Shown here in pieces: positions 53,515-64,000 of a DNA stretch of 64,000 bases (its first letter is position 1; every line of letters starts with the position of its first letter). Source of the DNA: Octopus sinensis (lineage: Eukaryota); the NCBI RefSeq assembly GCF_006345805.1, contig NC_043008.1, forward strand, positions 8,804,001 through 8,868,000, given 5' to 3'. The notes below the pieces were generated by a model. That model had not been told where the DNA came from. It was given only the letters and a program-made list of their open reading frames with translations, and made no database searches. The position numbers and the translations under genes are program-made.

Positions 53515-54646
53515 TATATTTGACGCGAATATTGTACGAGTGCATGGGCCTATTCTTAACATAAGCCTATAGGAAATAGATCATCGCGGGGCTAAAGCAA
53601 TTTATTTAGTTAATAAGTATAATTTGGGATCTTAGGGTTTCGTTAATTTACTTTAGGTCAATCAGCGGAGTCCGCCATTCCAATAATTAGTCTAAACCGT
53701 TTCGATGCGAAACACTTCTTTCCATCTATTTTTGAGAAAATATTGCAAGTGGGAGTTTTCAATTTTTGCAACCAACTATATTTTGGGTGTAGTAAATATA
53801 ATATATTTATCAATTTTCTTATCCTGCCATCTGAATTATATTTATACACTTCATCTTTCATCTTTCTGCTCTCTGCCCTCCCAGATCAGCATCTCTTCAT
53901 CTTTTTCTTCTTTTATTACTACTATTACTTCTTTTCCTCCTTCTCCACCTTCTTTTCGTCCCTCTCCACCTTCTCCTCCTCCTCTTCTTCTCGCTACTAC
54001 TTGGTCCTCTTTCCCACCGCTTCCTTAGCATCTTTTTTCCTCTTCTTTTTCTTCTTCGTCTTCATCTACCCTTGCTTTTCTTCTTACTCTTCATCTCTTT
54101 TTACTTCTTTTCACTTCTTTTCTCGCTTCGCCATTTTCTTTCCTCATATTTTTCTTCCTCTCCTTTTTATGTTTCATCGTTAGCCAGCTTCCGCCCATAA
54201 ACTATGTACTTTCAACTGCTCTATTACGTTTCTTTCATGTCATTCAGCGGCATCGCCTAAGTGGTTGGGGTAAAGTCGGAAGTGTTGGATCATGAAATGA
54301 AAGTTATATAGAAAGTAAAGGGATATTCTTGAATCAGTTGGAACCGAAAGTAAAGCAATTAAATAGATAGAAAGATGATAGATGGATTGTGGTGTTAATG
54401 TTAACACTATTAATGTAGACAACCAGTAGCGTGTAGCCAAGGTAATCGCAACAGGCTGTTGATTTTGAATTCAAATTCCAAGAAATGTCATTTGCGAAAG
54501 AGCTATCACAAAGATAGCTAGACATGTAAAGGAGTCTTTATTAGAAACGTGTTGGGAGTTCAAAGATGGTGAAAATCTTAATCACTGCAATGTTTGGAAT
54601 TGCCAGAGCTATTATTCATTCATCGTGAAAAATCTGATTCCTCTTG

Positions 54647-54677
<31 letters not shown>

Positions 54678-55801
54678 ATATATAATATATATGTATATAT
54701 GTATATATATGTATAATATGTGTATATGTATATATATGCATATATATATGTGTATATATACATGTATATATATATATGTATGTAGGTATATGTATATATA
54801 TATATGTGTGTGTGAGTGTTTGTGTGTGTATAGCATGATATATGTATATGTGTGCTGCGCGCATCTATATCTTATCTGTACATATGTACTGGAGTTGAAT
54901 GGAACCTGACACGTATGTAAATATTACACACACATGTGAATACAGTCACACGCAAATATATATTTTATATACACGCATACATAACACTCGCATAGAAATA
55001 TAAGTGTGAATGTGTATAAGCGTATACATACGCTCGTGTTTATATATGTATTCCAGTATAAACACACACACACATATATATGTATAGATACATACATACA
55101 TGCATATACATATATATATATATATATATGCATGCATACATATACGCATATGATATATACTTATACACACATACACACTTTCATGCATGCATACATTCAT
55201 ACATTTATGTATATGTGCATAAGCCAGACATTTTCTATATTAAGAAAAGCCTTTTCAAATGAGGAGATTACATCTTGTGATGTGTAACTTTGCAACAGGA
55301 TAGAAGAAGTCTGCTTATCGCATTCATCGAGAATTTTAAGTAATAAACATGAAAGAAACATCTGAAACATTATCAATTTACGATAGTAAGCTAATTTAAC
55401 TAATTCTTCGGAAATCGCAATGGCCGAATAAATAGGCGTACACCCTCGAGGCGGAATCGCTTTCGGTGCGTATGATATTAATGCAACTATATAATATCAT
55501 AGTCAGAGTTCCGAACCACAAACGGTCCGATGAATTGGGAGAAAAATATGAGAGAACAAAACAAATATGAGCTTCAAATTAAAAGCTCCAGCACAGTTTT
55601 AATATTTTCCACCAGTGCCTGAAAGAGATTATGAATAACACAATATCCTATTCCTACGAAACTCAGAAAATTTGGGACGATGCACCTAAATGTTTCGTGG
55701 GTTATGTAATAATGTATAACGTTGCATAATTTTACTCTTGTTGATTTTATAGTGTATATATATATATATGTATGTATATACACATGTGTGTCAGTATTTA
55801 T

Positions 55802-55840
55802 GTAGATAGATAGATACATAGATAGATAGATAGATAGATT

Positions 55841-55893
<53 letters not shown>

Positions 55894-55900
55894 TTAGATA
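55802..55900. repeat. (GATA)n microsatellite, left half of the split target
   Basis: Direct reading; ends gttagata. Confidence 0.95.
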
Positions 55901-55972
55901 TGTTTCTTTATTAGCCACACAGGGCTGCACACAGATAGAACAAATTACAAGGTAGAGCTTTTCTTTTGAAGG

Positions 55973-56004
<32 letters not shown>

Positions 56005-57139
56005 AAAATAAAAAAATAAAAAAATAAATAAATAAAATAAAAATAAAATAAAAAAGGGGGGGGTCGATCAAAAGGGATCGTAAAAGGAGAGAAAGAGGAC
56101 AAAAAAAAAGGGGGGGTTAAAAAAAAGGGGGAGAGGAAAAAAAATTGATCAATAGGGATCGTTATCACAGAAATGTCAATATGAAGTGTAAAGGGGGGGA
56201 CAGGTGAGGTTTACCCGTGGAAAGAAAAGCCTACGGAAAAGACCACGGTAACCTCGGTCAATGAAGTCACATGTTATATTTCTTTTTTTTTTTTTTTGCA
56301 AATAAGCAACTCTCTGTATTAATTTTTACGGTTCATAGAATCATAGTCAAGGTGGCTTCGTCATTCATACGTGCCATCCTTGCTACATTCACCCATCTTT
56401 TTTTAAAACATTCACTAGACAAAACTTGCCTCTCTACTCTCACTTTTTTCTTCAAGTGATACTTGAAGAAGTTGATGAGAGATTGACCAGAGAGGAAAGT
56501 GTTTGTCTCTAATCCTTTCAGACGCGTCCACCAGATACATTCTTTCGCCATAGCCACAAGTATGATAAAAATAGCTCTTCCTTCCCGTTTGAAGGAAGGA
56601 GGCGTGACGATATTAACGATAGACTCGGCTGATAAACCGACACGTCCCACACGTGACAGCAGTCGTTCGACATAAGCCCACAGGTGGGAAATTGCTGGAC
56701 ACTGCACGATTGCGTGCAGAGCGGTTTCGTCGCTCTGCCCGCATCTCGGGCAGGTCGGCCCCGTGTTTCTCGAGCCATGCCTATAGAGCTTATCCCGAAC
56801 GGGTAGCGCTTCTCGGTAGCACCGCCAGGCCAGGGATCTCTGGAAGTTGTCCATAGGTCCCGGGCCGAAGTCGTTTGAAACAGGCGGGTCAGGTATTCCT
56901 CGTCGACGCCCAGGTTTGCCCGAGCTCGTCGTCGTACCTCCCCTCCACTAATCCCCTATAGAATGCTTTGGTTGTGTTGAAGTCACTCAAGGTCGACCCG
57001 GGACGGCAGAGTTGCTTGAGAGCAACGCGACACTCGCGGTGCCATTCGCCCTTCTTCGGCCTCTTTTTGATCCACGACTGTAGTTCGGTCATGGAGACGA
57101 GTTCCGGGAATGCGTGCCTCACAAACGGCGACCACACCT
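55901..57139 (-). mobile_element. L1/Tx1-type LINE, 5'-truncated, inserted in (GATA)n
   Basis: ORF2 C-terminus plus ~430-nt 3' UTR ending aataaagaaaca; TSD gttagata (55893-55900, 57140-57147). Confidence 0.9.
56333..57137 (-). pseudogene. LINE ORF2 C-terminal fragment with zinc-binding (zf-RVT-like) motif
   Basis: Track ORFs 56889-57137 and 56333-56854 joined by a frameshift; CPRCGQSDETALHAIVQC. Confidence 0.85.
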
Positions 57140-57141
57140 GT

Positions 57142-57222
<81 letters not shown>
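57140..57222. repeat. (GATA)n microsatellite, right half of the split target
   Basis: Direct reading; starts gttagata. Confidence 0.95.
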
Positions 57223-57225
<3 letters not shown>

Positions 57226-57421
57226 TCTGCGTGTGCGCGTGCGTGTTATTACTATTATTGTCATTACTTTTATATAGATTATTGACGTTATCTTAATTTT
57301 ATAGTTCCAGTATTGACCTCATGTCTGATCGATAATTAGAATCCTGAGCAGCCCGTTTATGTATTCGACACGTTCAAATCTTTTTCAGGACGTAGAATTT
57401 CGAAATACATACATACATACA

Positions 57422-57452
<31 letters not shown>

Positions 57453-58319
57453 TTTTGGGATTGATGTGCCATCAATCCCAAAATAGCGATCCTTAATTCA
57501 TTGAATGCCACCGTGTTTATACCGTATTATATTTTTTCCGTATCCCCCATAAAGTAAGTTTAGTGTTCTGACGTCTAGCGAAAATCGAAGCCTTTCGTCC
57601 AACCGAGCTTTTTTGCAAAATTATTCGTAATGCACAACTGAAACGATCGTAAGTAAGTATATAACATATCAGCTTGTTTCTTTTTTTTTTTTTGTTTACT
57701 CTTCGAAACTACACAATGCTCAGTATTATACAACACAATTTCCTATTCACGACTCTATGCAAATATAAAAAGCTAGCCATCTGATCATCAGTACACCATG
57801 ATTTAACTCGTATCAATATTTTGGTATGCCTTAACAGAGGAAGATCTTGAGTAAGACATGAAATTCCCGTTTATATATATAGTGCAATAACCTAAAATGT
57901 GCGCATTAAATGTGTTCCAAAATATGATTACCTGGCTTCATTTCATTTTATACATAAATATGCTTATATCAATATATACTTATATACATAAATAAATACA
58001 GCCAACAGGTGAAATCCAGAGATGCTCAATATAGAAAACGTGTAGTAGTGCTTAAATGATTTTGACCTTTCAGTTCGACATCGTTATCGACGCGGGATAA
58101 ACCGTGTCTCTAAGAGGAATCCATATGTGCTGATATGGAGATAATGATGCAAATAAACAAAGACGCGTGATATATAAAATATACATACATATGTACATGT
58201 GAATATATACAGGGATATACAAAGAGTGAAGCAAAAGTTGAAAATATTCACATGATAAAAATTCATGTATAAGTATATAGATATTTATATGTCTACGGAC
58301 AAGATTTACATGGAATAAA

Positions 58320-58740
58320 AAAAAAATACCTTTTTGCATTAAGGTGTCACATTTTCCAAATTTCTCTTTAAAACGAGGTGTGCGATGCTTTAGAATGTTA
58401 ATCTCTGCTTCGAATCTTTGGTGTGCAAGATACATTCTGATTCTCGTTTCCTTATTTGGTTCTGATATAAAATTCTTGGGACTGAATTTTTGTGGGAAAT
58501 TCGCTGGTTCTCGGATTAGCCATTGTGCGTATGTGTTAGTTAAATTTTCGTTTCTAATTGCTTTCCAATACGCTTTTTTATTTGGATTTAATAAATTATT
58601 CCAGATATTTTTCATCTGGTTCTTTTTCTTGAGTGCTTCATTTTCCGGAGATTGTTTTTGGAGTTTCGAGGATGTTTGAAATGTGTTTTAAGGTAGCAGA
58701 GTTTCTACTTTTTCTCTGTAAACACTAGTTTGTTCTTCCT
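58320..58740 (-). other. Protein-like ORF fragment of probable retroelement origin, unassigned
   Basis: IWNNLLNPNKKAYWKAIRNENLTNTYAQW...RFEAEINILK has normal amino-acid complexity, then runs into non-coding-looking sequence. Confidence 0.4.
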
Positions 58741-58783
58741 TTTCCCGAAAGAGTGATGCGAGTCATATTTGTTTGTGAGGATC

Positions 58784-58820
<37 letters not shown>

Positions 58821-58825
<5 letters not shown>

Positions 58826-59105
58826 GGTGTGTCAGAACAAATATGAGAAAGAGATAAAACAATTAAAACTTAGAACAATATACATCAAATCCAGACACTG
58901 AAATAAAACTATCAGAATGAAAGCAGCCTTACAATGGCTCGGCACCAGACGAAACCCATAATAAGACAGAGAGATATGAGAAGATTAAACAATAGTGTAA
59001 CAGAAGTGAATTAATTTCCCTTGTAAATAGCTTCATCTCATCACCATATATCAGGTCATTGTCATTGTCCAGAGCATTTATATCCGTTGTTATTTCCGTC
59101 AGCCG

Positions 59106-59106
<1 letters not shown>
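58821..59106. mobile_element. Rearranged R4/Dong-like RT fragment (two pieces in opposite orientation)
   Basis: 58821-59008 matches the reverse complement of ~61290-61480; 59011-59106 matches 61541-61635 directly ([10 protein letters not shown], a YxDD relic). Confidence 0.7.
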
Positions 59107-59151
<45 letters not shown>

Positions 59152-59152
59152 A

Positions 59153-59226
<74 letters not shown>

Positions 59227-59338
59227 CATACATATATATATATATACATACATATACATATTTATATATATATACATATGTATATTTAGAAATGTATATA
59301 TACATATACATATATATATATATATATATATAATATAT

Positions 59339-59370
<32 letters not shown>

Positions 59371-59408
59371 AAGAGAGAGAGAGAGAGAGAGAAAGAGAGT
59401 GTGTGTGT

Positions 59409-59507
59409 GTGGCTCTATACTGTCAACTTAACGTCACAGCACCGCTGTTTAGCCCTAGGAAGCATCGCTTACAGGACTGTCACGTTACGTTGACAGTATA
59501 CAGCCAC
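59409..59507. mobile_element. ~100-bp palindromic MITE-like element
   Basis: ~31-bp inverted ends gtggctctatactgtcaacttaacgtcacag / ctgtcacgttacgttgacagtatacagccac. Confidence 0.7.
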
Positions 59508-59561
59508 TCTATCGCTCCACCACCGTACATATCTCTATGAGATATTTAGAAATTTAATATT

Positions 59562-59594
<33 letters not shown>

Positions 59595-59598
<4 letters not shown>

Positions 59599-59815
59599 AT
59601 TCAAACATGAAAACACAACGAGAAAACACAACAACGCGAGGACGTGGAACAAGTATAGTGTTATTGGATGCTCAGGAAAGGAAAGAAAGAAGGAGTATTT
59701 AACGTTTCGAGCGTAGCTCTTCGTTAGAAACATAGGAAAAGAAAAGAGGCAAGGAAGGGAAGACGGAGGGAAAAAAATCGCCAACGATACACACCCACTC
59801 ACATTTTCATTATAC
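59595..59815 (-). mobile_element. Penelope-like terminal repeat fragment with hammerhead relic
   Basis: Minus strand ctaacga-agagctacgctc-gaaacgtta; flanked by (TA)n. Confidence 0.55.
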
Positions 59816-59825
59816 ATATATATAT

Positions 59826-60198
59826 ATTGTTCATACCGTAAATAATGCGTTTATTCAGTTGCATGAACTGAAAGTCGGAGGACGGGATAAACTGCCTGCA
59901 TCAACTTGCTATAAAAGCGGGCAGTAATGTTACCTTTTTTCCTTATTCTTAGTGCAATTTTTGAGGAGTGCACTTCGATTTTGAAAGTTATTTTTTCAAA
60001 GCTATAATGGAAGTGGTAAATGGGAATATTCGGCATATTTTGCTTTATGAGTTCAATAAAGGCAACAACGCAATGGAGCGTTCGAGGAATATTAATGCAG
60101 TATATAAAGATCGGACGATAAATATAAACCAGTGTCAACGCTGGTTTCAGAAGTTCCAAGCCGGAAACTACAGCCTTGAAGACAAGCCACGTCGTTGA
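59826..60198 (+). mobile_element. Mariner 5' fragment (Mos1-type HTH)
   Basis: ATG 60007: MEVVNGNIRHILLYEFNKGNNA...CQRWFQKFQAGNYSLEDKPRR. Confidence 0.85.
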
Positions 60199-60469
60199 AG
60201 ATTTGTGGCTTTCTAACAGCATATTCGCGTTACGTACGATATATACAATGTCATTGTGAACTAATACTACCACCGTTGCTAATAACGAATATTCATATAC
60301 GTTTATATGTCAACATACAATACGTTGATGGATCCGATCTCTCAATACGTTTTGTAGAGTAAAATAGACTTTTACAGGAGCAAATGTGACAGTGATTTCG
60401 AAGCTTCAACTTCGAATTCATGGTCATCACTCGTCTTTAAGTATTATAGATAGATGGATAGACAAAAAC

Positions 60470-60483
60470 ACAGAGAGACAAAC

Positions 60484-60550
<67 letters not shown>

Positions 60551-60579
60551 TAGATTGAGAGAGAGAGGGAGAGAGAGAT

Positions 60580-60625
<46 letters not shown>

Positions 60626-60673
60626 TCAGACAGATAAATAGATAAATAGATAGATAGAGAGAGAGAGAGATAG

Positions 60674-60730
<57 letters not shown>

Positions 60731-60845
60731 TACAGAAAGCTAGGTAGGTAAGCAGATAGGTAGGTAGGTAGGTAGGTAGGTAGGTAGGTAGGTAGGTACG
60801 TAGATAGGTAGGTAGGTAGGTAGGTAGGTAGATTGATAGATGCAG

Positions 60846-60886
<41 letters not shown>
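60470..60886. repeat. Compound (GATA)/(GACA)/(GA)/(GGTA) microsatellite
   Basis: Direct reading. Confidence 0.95.
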
Positions 60887-60887
<1 letters not shown>

Positions 60888-61039
60888 TCAGAGACATGTA
60901 TATTTACACTTATATAATTGTTGGAAAGTGTAAGCAGAAAACTTGGAACCACAGGACCAATCTATTGTCAGCATCTAACAATTAAAAAAATGTAAACTTT
61001 ATTTCATTCATTCCGTTTATATTTCTTCTCACGTTTCGA

Positions 61040-63190
61040 AACTTAAATGAAAGGCATGTCTCCATATCACACTAATGTTTCTAATAAGTATATGTCTAAT
61101 CTTATTAATTTTACTTTGTGTTCGCTCTCTGTATCAGAGGATGTGCCCCTGAGCGCCTAGGGTAGGTCAAAGTTGTGTGTATTGTTTTCAAGATGCTAGA
61201 ATTTGAAAGGTGTTAGTAAATTTTTTGCTTTTCCTAAGATTTTCAATTCTTCATTTCTAAAATTGTTTTTAATATTTGTCACACACTTCTGTTGCATCAT
61301 TGTTTCCTCTTCTCATATCTCCCTGTGTTATACTTTACGGGTTTCGTCTACTGCTGAGCCATTGTAAGGTTGCTTTTATTCTAATAATTTCATTTCAATG
61401 TCTGAATTTGATGTATTGTTCCGAGTTTTAATTGTTTTTGTCTCTTCATATATTAGTTCTGACACATTTTTCTAGTCATACACTAATTATATATTCTTGA
61501 CTGAATTCATTTACAATTATTATTATGATCAGCATCTGGTTAATTTCCCTTGTAAATAGATTTATCTCATCACCATATACAGGAGGTTATTATCGTTGGC
61601 CAGAGCATTTGTATCCGCTGTTAATTCAGTCAGCCAAGGCTGTGTGTCAAAATGAATATACGGACTCTGCCTAAAAGGTTTTTCCTCCAATGTTTTACGG
61701 GTGATTTTAATTATCTTATTACGCAGCGATCTGGTGCTTTGATAATCCACTGCGGAGGTACTACATTACTTTTGAAGTTGCTTTAGTTATTCAATGTGAC
61801 TGTAGCAATACCCACAGCGAGCGGTAGGCTACCAAATGTTATTTGGTAATCAATCCATGCCACACACTTTTTTTTCTGTCATCAATAATTATCCAATTTG
61901 CTCTTAGCAACGTTTTACATCTCCACATGCCCTTCCATCTCTTCCCAACACCAATACTGCTCTTCTGCTAATATGTAATTGGTTTTCCTTTGAGCGAATG
62001 CCCTGTTAAAGGGAATATAAATAAAGTGTTTCTCAGTTGTTTGCAAACAAGCTTGTAGATTTGCCAAGCCTCTGTTTTTTTTTTATTTATTTATCTATTT
62101 TTATTTTAATTATAGCTTGAGGAATCAATATTCATTTTCTCTCTAGTAACCATTCAGCTATTTATTCTGGTCTGTTTGCTAATTCGTTGATTGTTGTTAC
62201 CATAAATTCATGAATACTAATGAGGTGTTCCATCAGAATATTGAGAACTTTGTCAATCCCCGAGAGCTTTCCAGTTGCTTGTAGATTTTATCGTTGTTGC
62301 TGAATGACTTGCTAGTCAGGTGGGCAATGCCTGCAGCGCTATTGAATTTTGTTTCATGCGTTTTTCTTCTGATCCATTGTGCTTCATGATTGTGTCGAAT
62401 GATTTCTTTTTTCTCTCTCCCAATATGCTTCAAGTGTCGTTGATGTTGATATGTCATTCACATTACTTTGCTTTTTCTTTTCTGGTTGCTTTTTTGGGGT
62501 AATGTCACTGTGAAACTTTTCCTTATTTCACTGAAATAACTTGTTCTCCTCAATGATATGCTAACGCTTTACGAAGCATCTTATCCGGCATGACGTTACG
62601 GATTTGATTTGCTTAAGCCTTCCTTTTACTGTCAGGATATCTCATTTTTTGTTATTATATATTTCAATTATTTGATTTTTTTTATCTTGTTTCATATTAG
62701 AATTTTCCAATTTCCTAAGTTTACTTCTTTCCATGATTTTCGACTTGGTTTTCTTTTTTTTTTTTCCTTTCCGTGTTTTATGTTCAGCTGAAAAGTCTTA
62801 CTTTGTTGGATCCTGTCCGATTCCCATCACTACTACGACTATCACTCAACTGATTAGATCATTCAACCTATTGATATTCAGATTTGCTTCCGTGGAAATA
62901 TTTTCATGTGAGATGCTGTTAAGCTTGGCTTTATATTGTGAAGGTGTGTGGTGGTGCGTTGCTTGGGTATGCGTTTCTGTTTAATTCATGACCATGGTTA
63001 GTCTGCGTTACTCGGTATGTAGCATCGAAGAGGCCAGGGAACAGAAGAAAGAAGAATAAAGAAGACATGCACCAAACACCAGAGCTGAAGACACCTCCGA
63101 AAGGGAGGGGTCTCGCCACGTCAAAACGGTAGAGGAGTAGGGGCCGAAACCGGACGTGGTTCCTTCTGATGGTGTCTTGAGCTAACTGGA
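61040..63190 (-). mobile_element. Degenerate R4/Dong-like non-LTR retrotransposon (5' part through RT)
   Basis: Broken frames: LKQIKSVTSCRIRCF...ENKLFQ; RPE*IAEWLL; KPFRQSPYIHFDTQPWLTEL; NNLLYMVMR (relics of the QGDSLSP and YMDD motifs). Confidence 0.7.
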
Positions 63191-63219
63191 TCCTATAAAG
63201 GAGCTGTTGTGGTAGGAGA

Positions 63220-63458
63220 CCACGAAACACGGTTGTAATTCCTCAGCATACAGCCGGTTTTCCGATATCTCTGACGTACATATCCTTCCCTGTATGGGAC
63301 GCCATTCTGTCGCATAATTACTCACTGTCGCCGGCTGAGTGGACTGAGCCAAAGTAAAACTATGTGTCTTGTTCAAGAACACATCGCCCGATTCAGGAAT
63401 CGAAACCACGATCTTGTATTCATGAGTCCAACATCCTAACCACCAAGCCATGATCCTC
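63220..63458 (-). mobile_element. SINE family D
   Basis: Reverse-complement homolog of 46223-46495. Confidence 0.7.
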
Positions 63459-63788
63459 TACCATTCATGACCATGGGTTATATTATTTTCTTTTATGTTC
63501 TTCATGTTAAATTTTCCTGAGATTAACTCTAGTTAATTGTTTGTTATTTCATTCTGTTTATCAAATATTAAAATGGCGAACTGCTTTGCGCGCGCGTGGT
63601 GTGTGTGGAGGGAGATCAAGTAGAAGATATGAACAGAAAAGGTATCACTTACGGCGAGAAAGGGACGCCTCAAGCAACAAGAATCTATTGTTCGTGATCG
63701 GATGCGTGATGCGAAGCGTTAAAAAAAAAGTCAGCTGAAGTTAATAAAGCTGGAGCCGGATGACAAAGCAACACTCAGATTATTAAAA

Positions 63789-64000
63789 GACCCCAGAAGA
63801 CGCTAGCTCAGACCCCAGAAGACACTAGCTCAGACCCCAGAAGACGCTAGCTCAGACCCCAGAAGACGTTAGCTCAGAACCCAGAAGACACTAGCTCAGA
63901 CCCCAGAAGACGTTAGCTCAGACCCCAGAAAACGTTAGCTCAGACCCCAGAAGACGTTAGCTCAGACGCCAGAAGACTGTAGCTCAGACCCCAGAAGACG
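63789..64000. repeat. 22-bp minisatellite gaccccagaagac(g/a)(c/t)tagctca, at least 9.5 copies, runs off the window
   Basis: Direct reading. Confidence 0.95.

Noticed and set aside
63789-64000. Possible CRISPR array
   Set aside because: Contiguous 22-bp units with no unique spacers, in a eukaryotic context with no cas genes.

Overview
This is a eukaryotic, AT-rich, repeat-dense window. The SINE families and microsatellite load strongly suggest an Octopus (coleoid cephalopod) genome; that is recognition from memory, not a database search. I find no convincing host protein-coding exon, and most ORF-track entries are translated microsatellites or antisense shadows. The window contains two near-complete dead mariner transposons plus mariner fragments/MITEs, about 20 tRNA-derived SINE copies from at least 4 families, fragments of RTE, R4/Dong-like and L1/Tx1-like LINEs, several palindromic MITE-like elements and many micro/minisatellites. 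Best leads: (1) a 489-bp tandem unit present in ~1.46 copies that carries a type I hammerhead ribozyme with an unusually long, G:U-supported stem II (retrozyme-like, 15826-16538), plus other Penelope-type hammerhead relics; (2) a TSD-flanked, ORF1-only (HAL1-like) retroelement encoding a zinc-knuckle protein (3591-5644); (3) a MITE flanked by a ~160-bp direct duplication; (4) non-LTR elements inserted into (GATA)n and (TAA)n microsatellites, suggesting microsatellite targeting.
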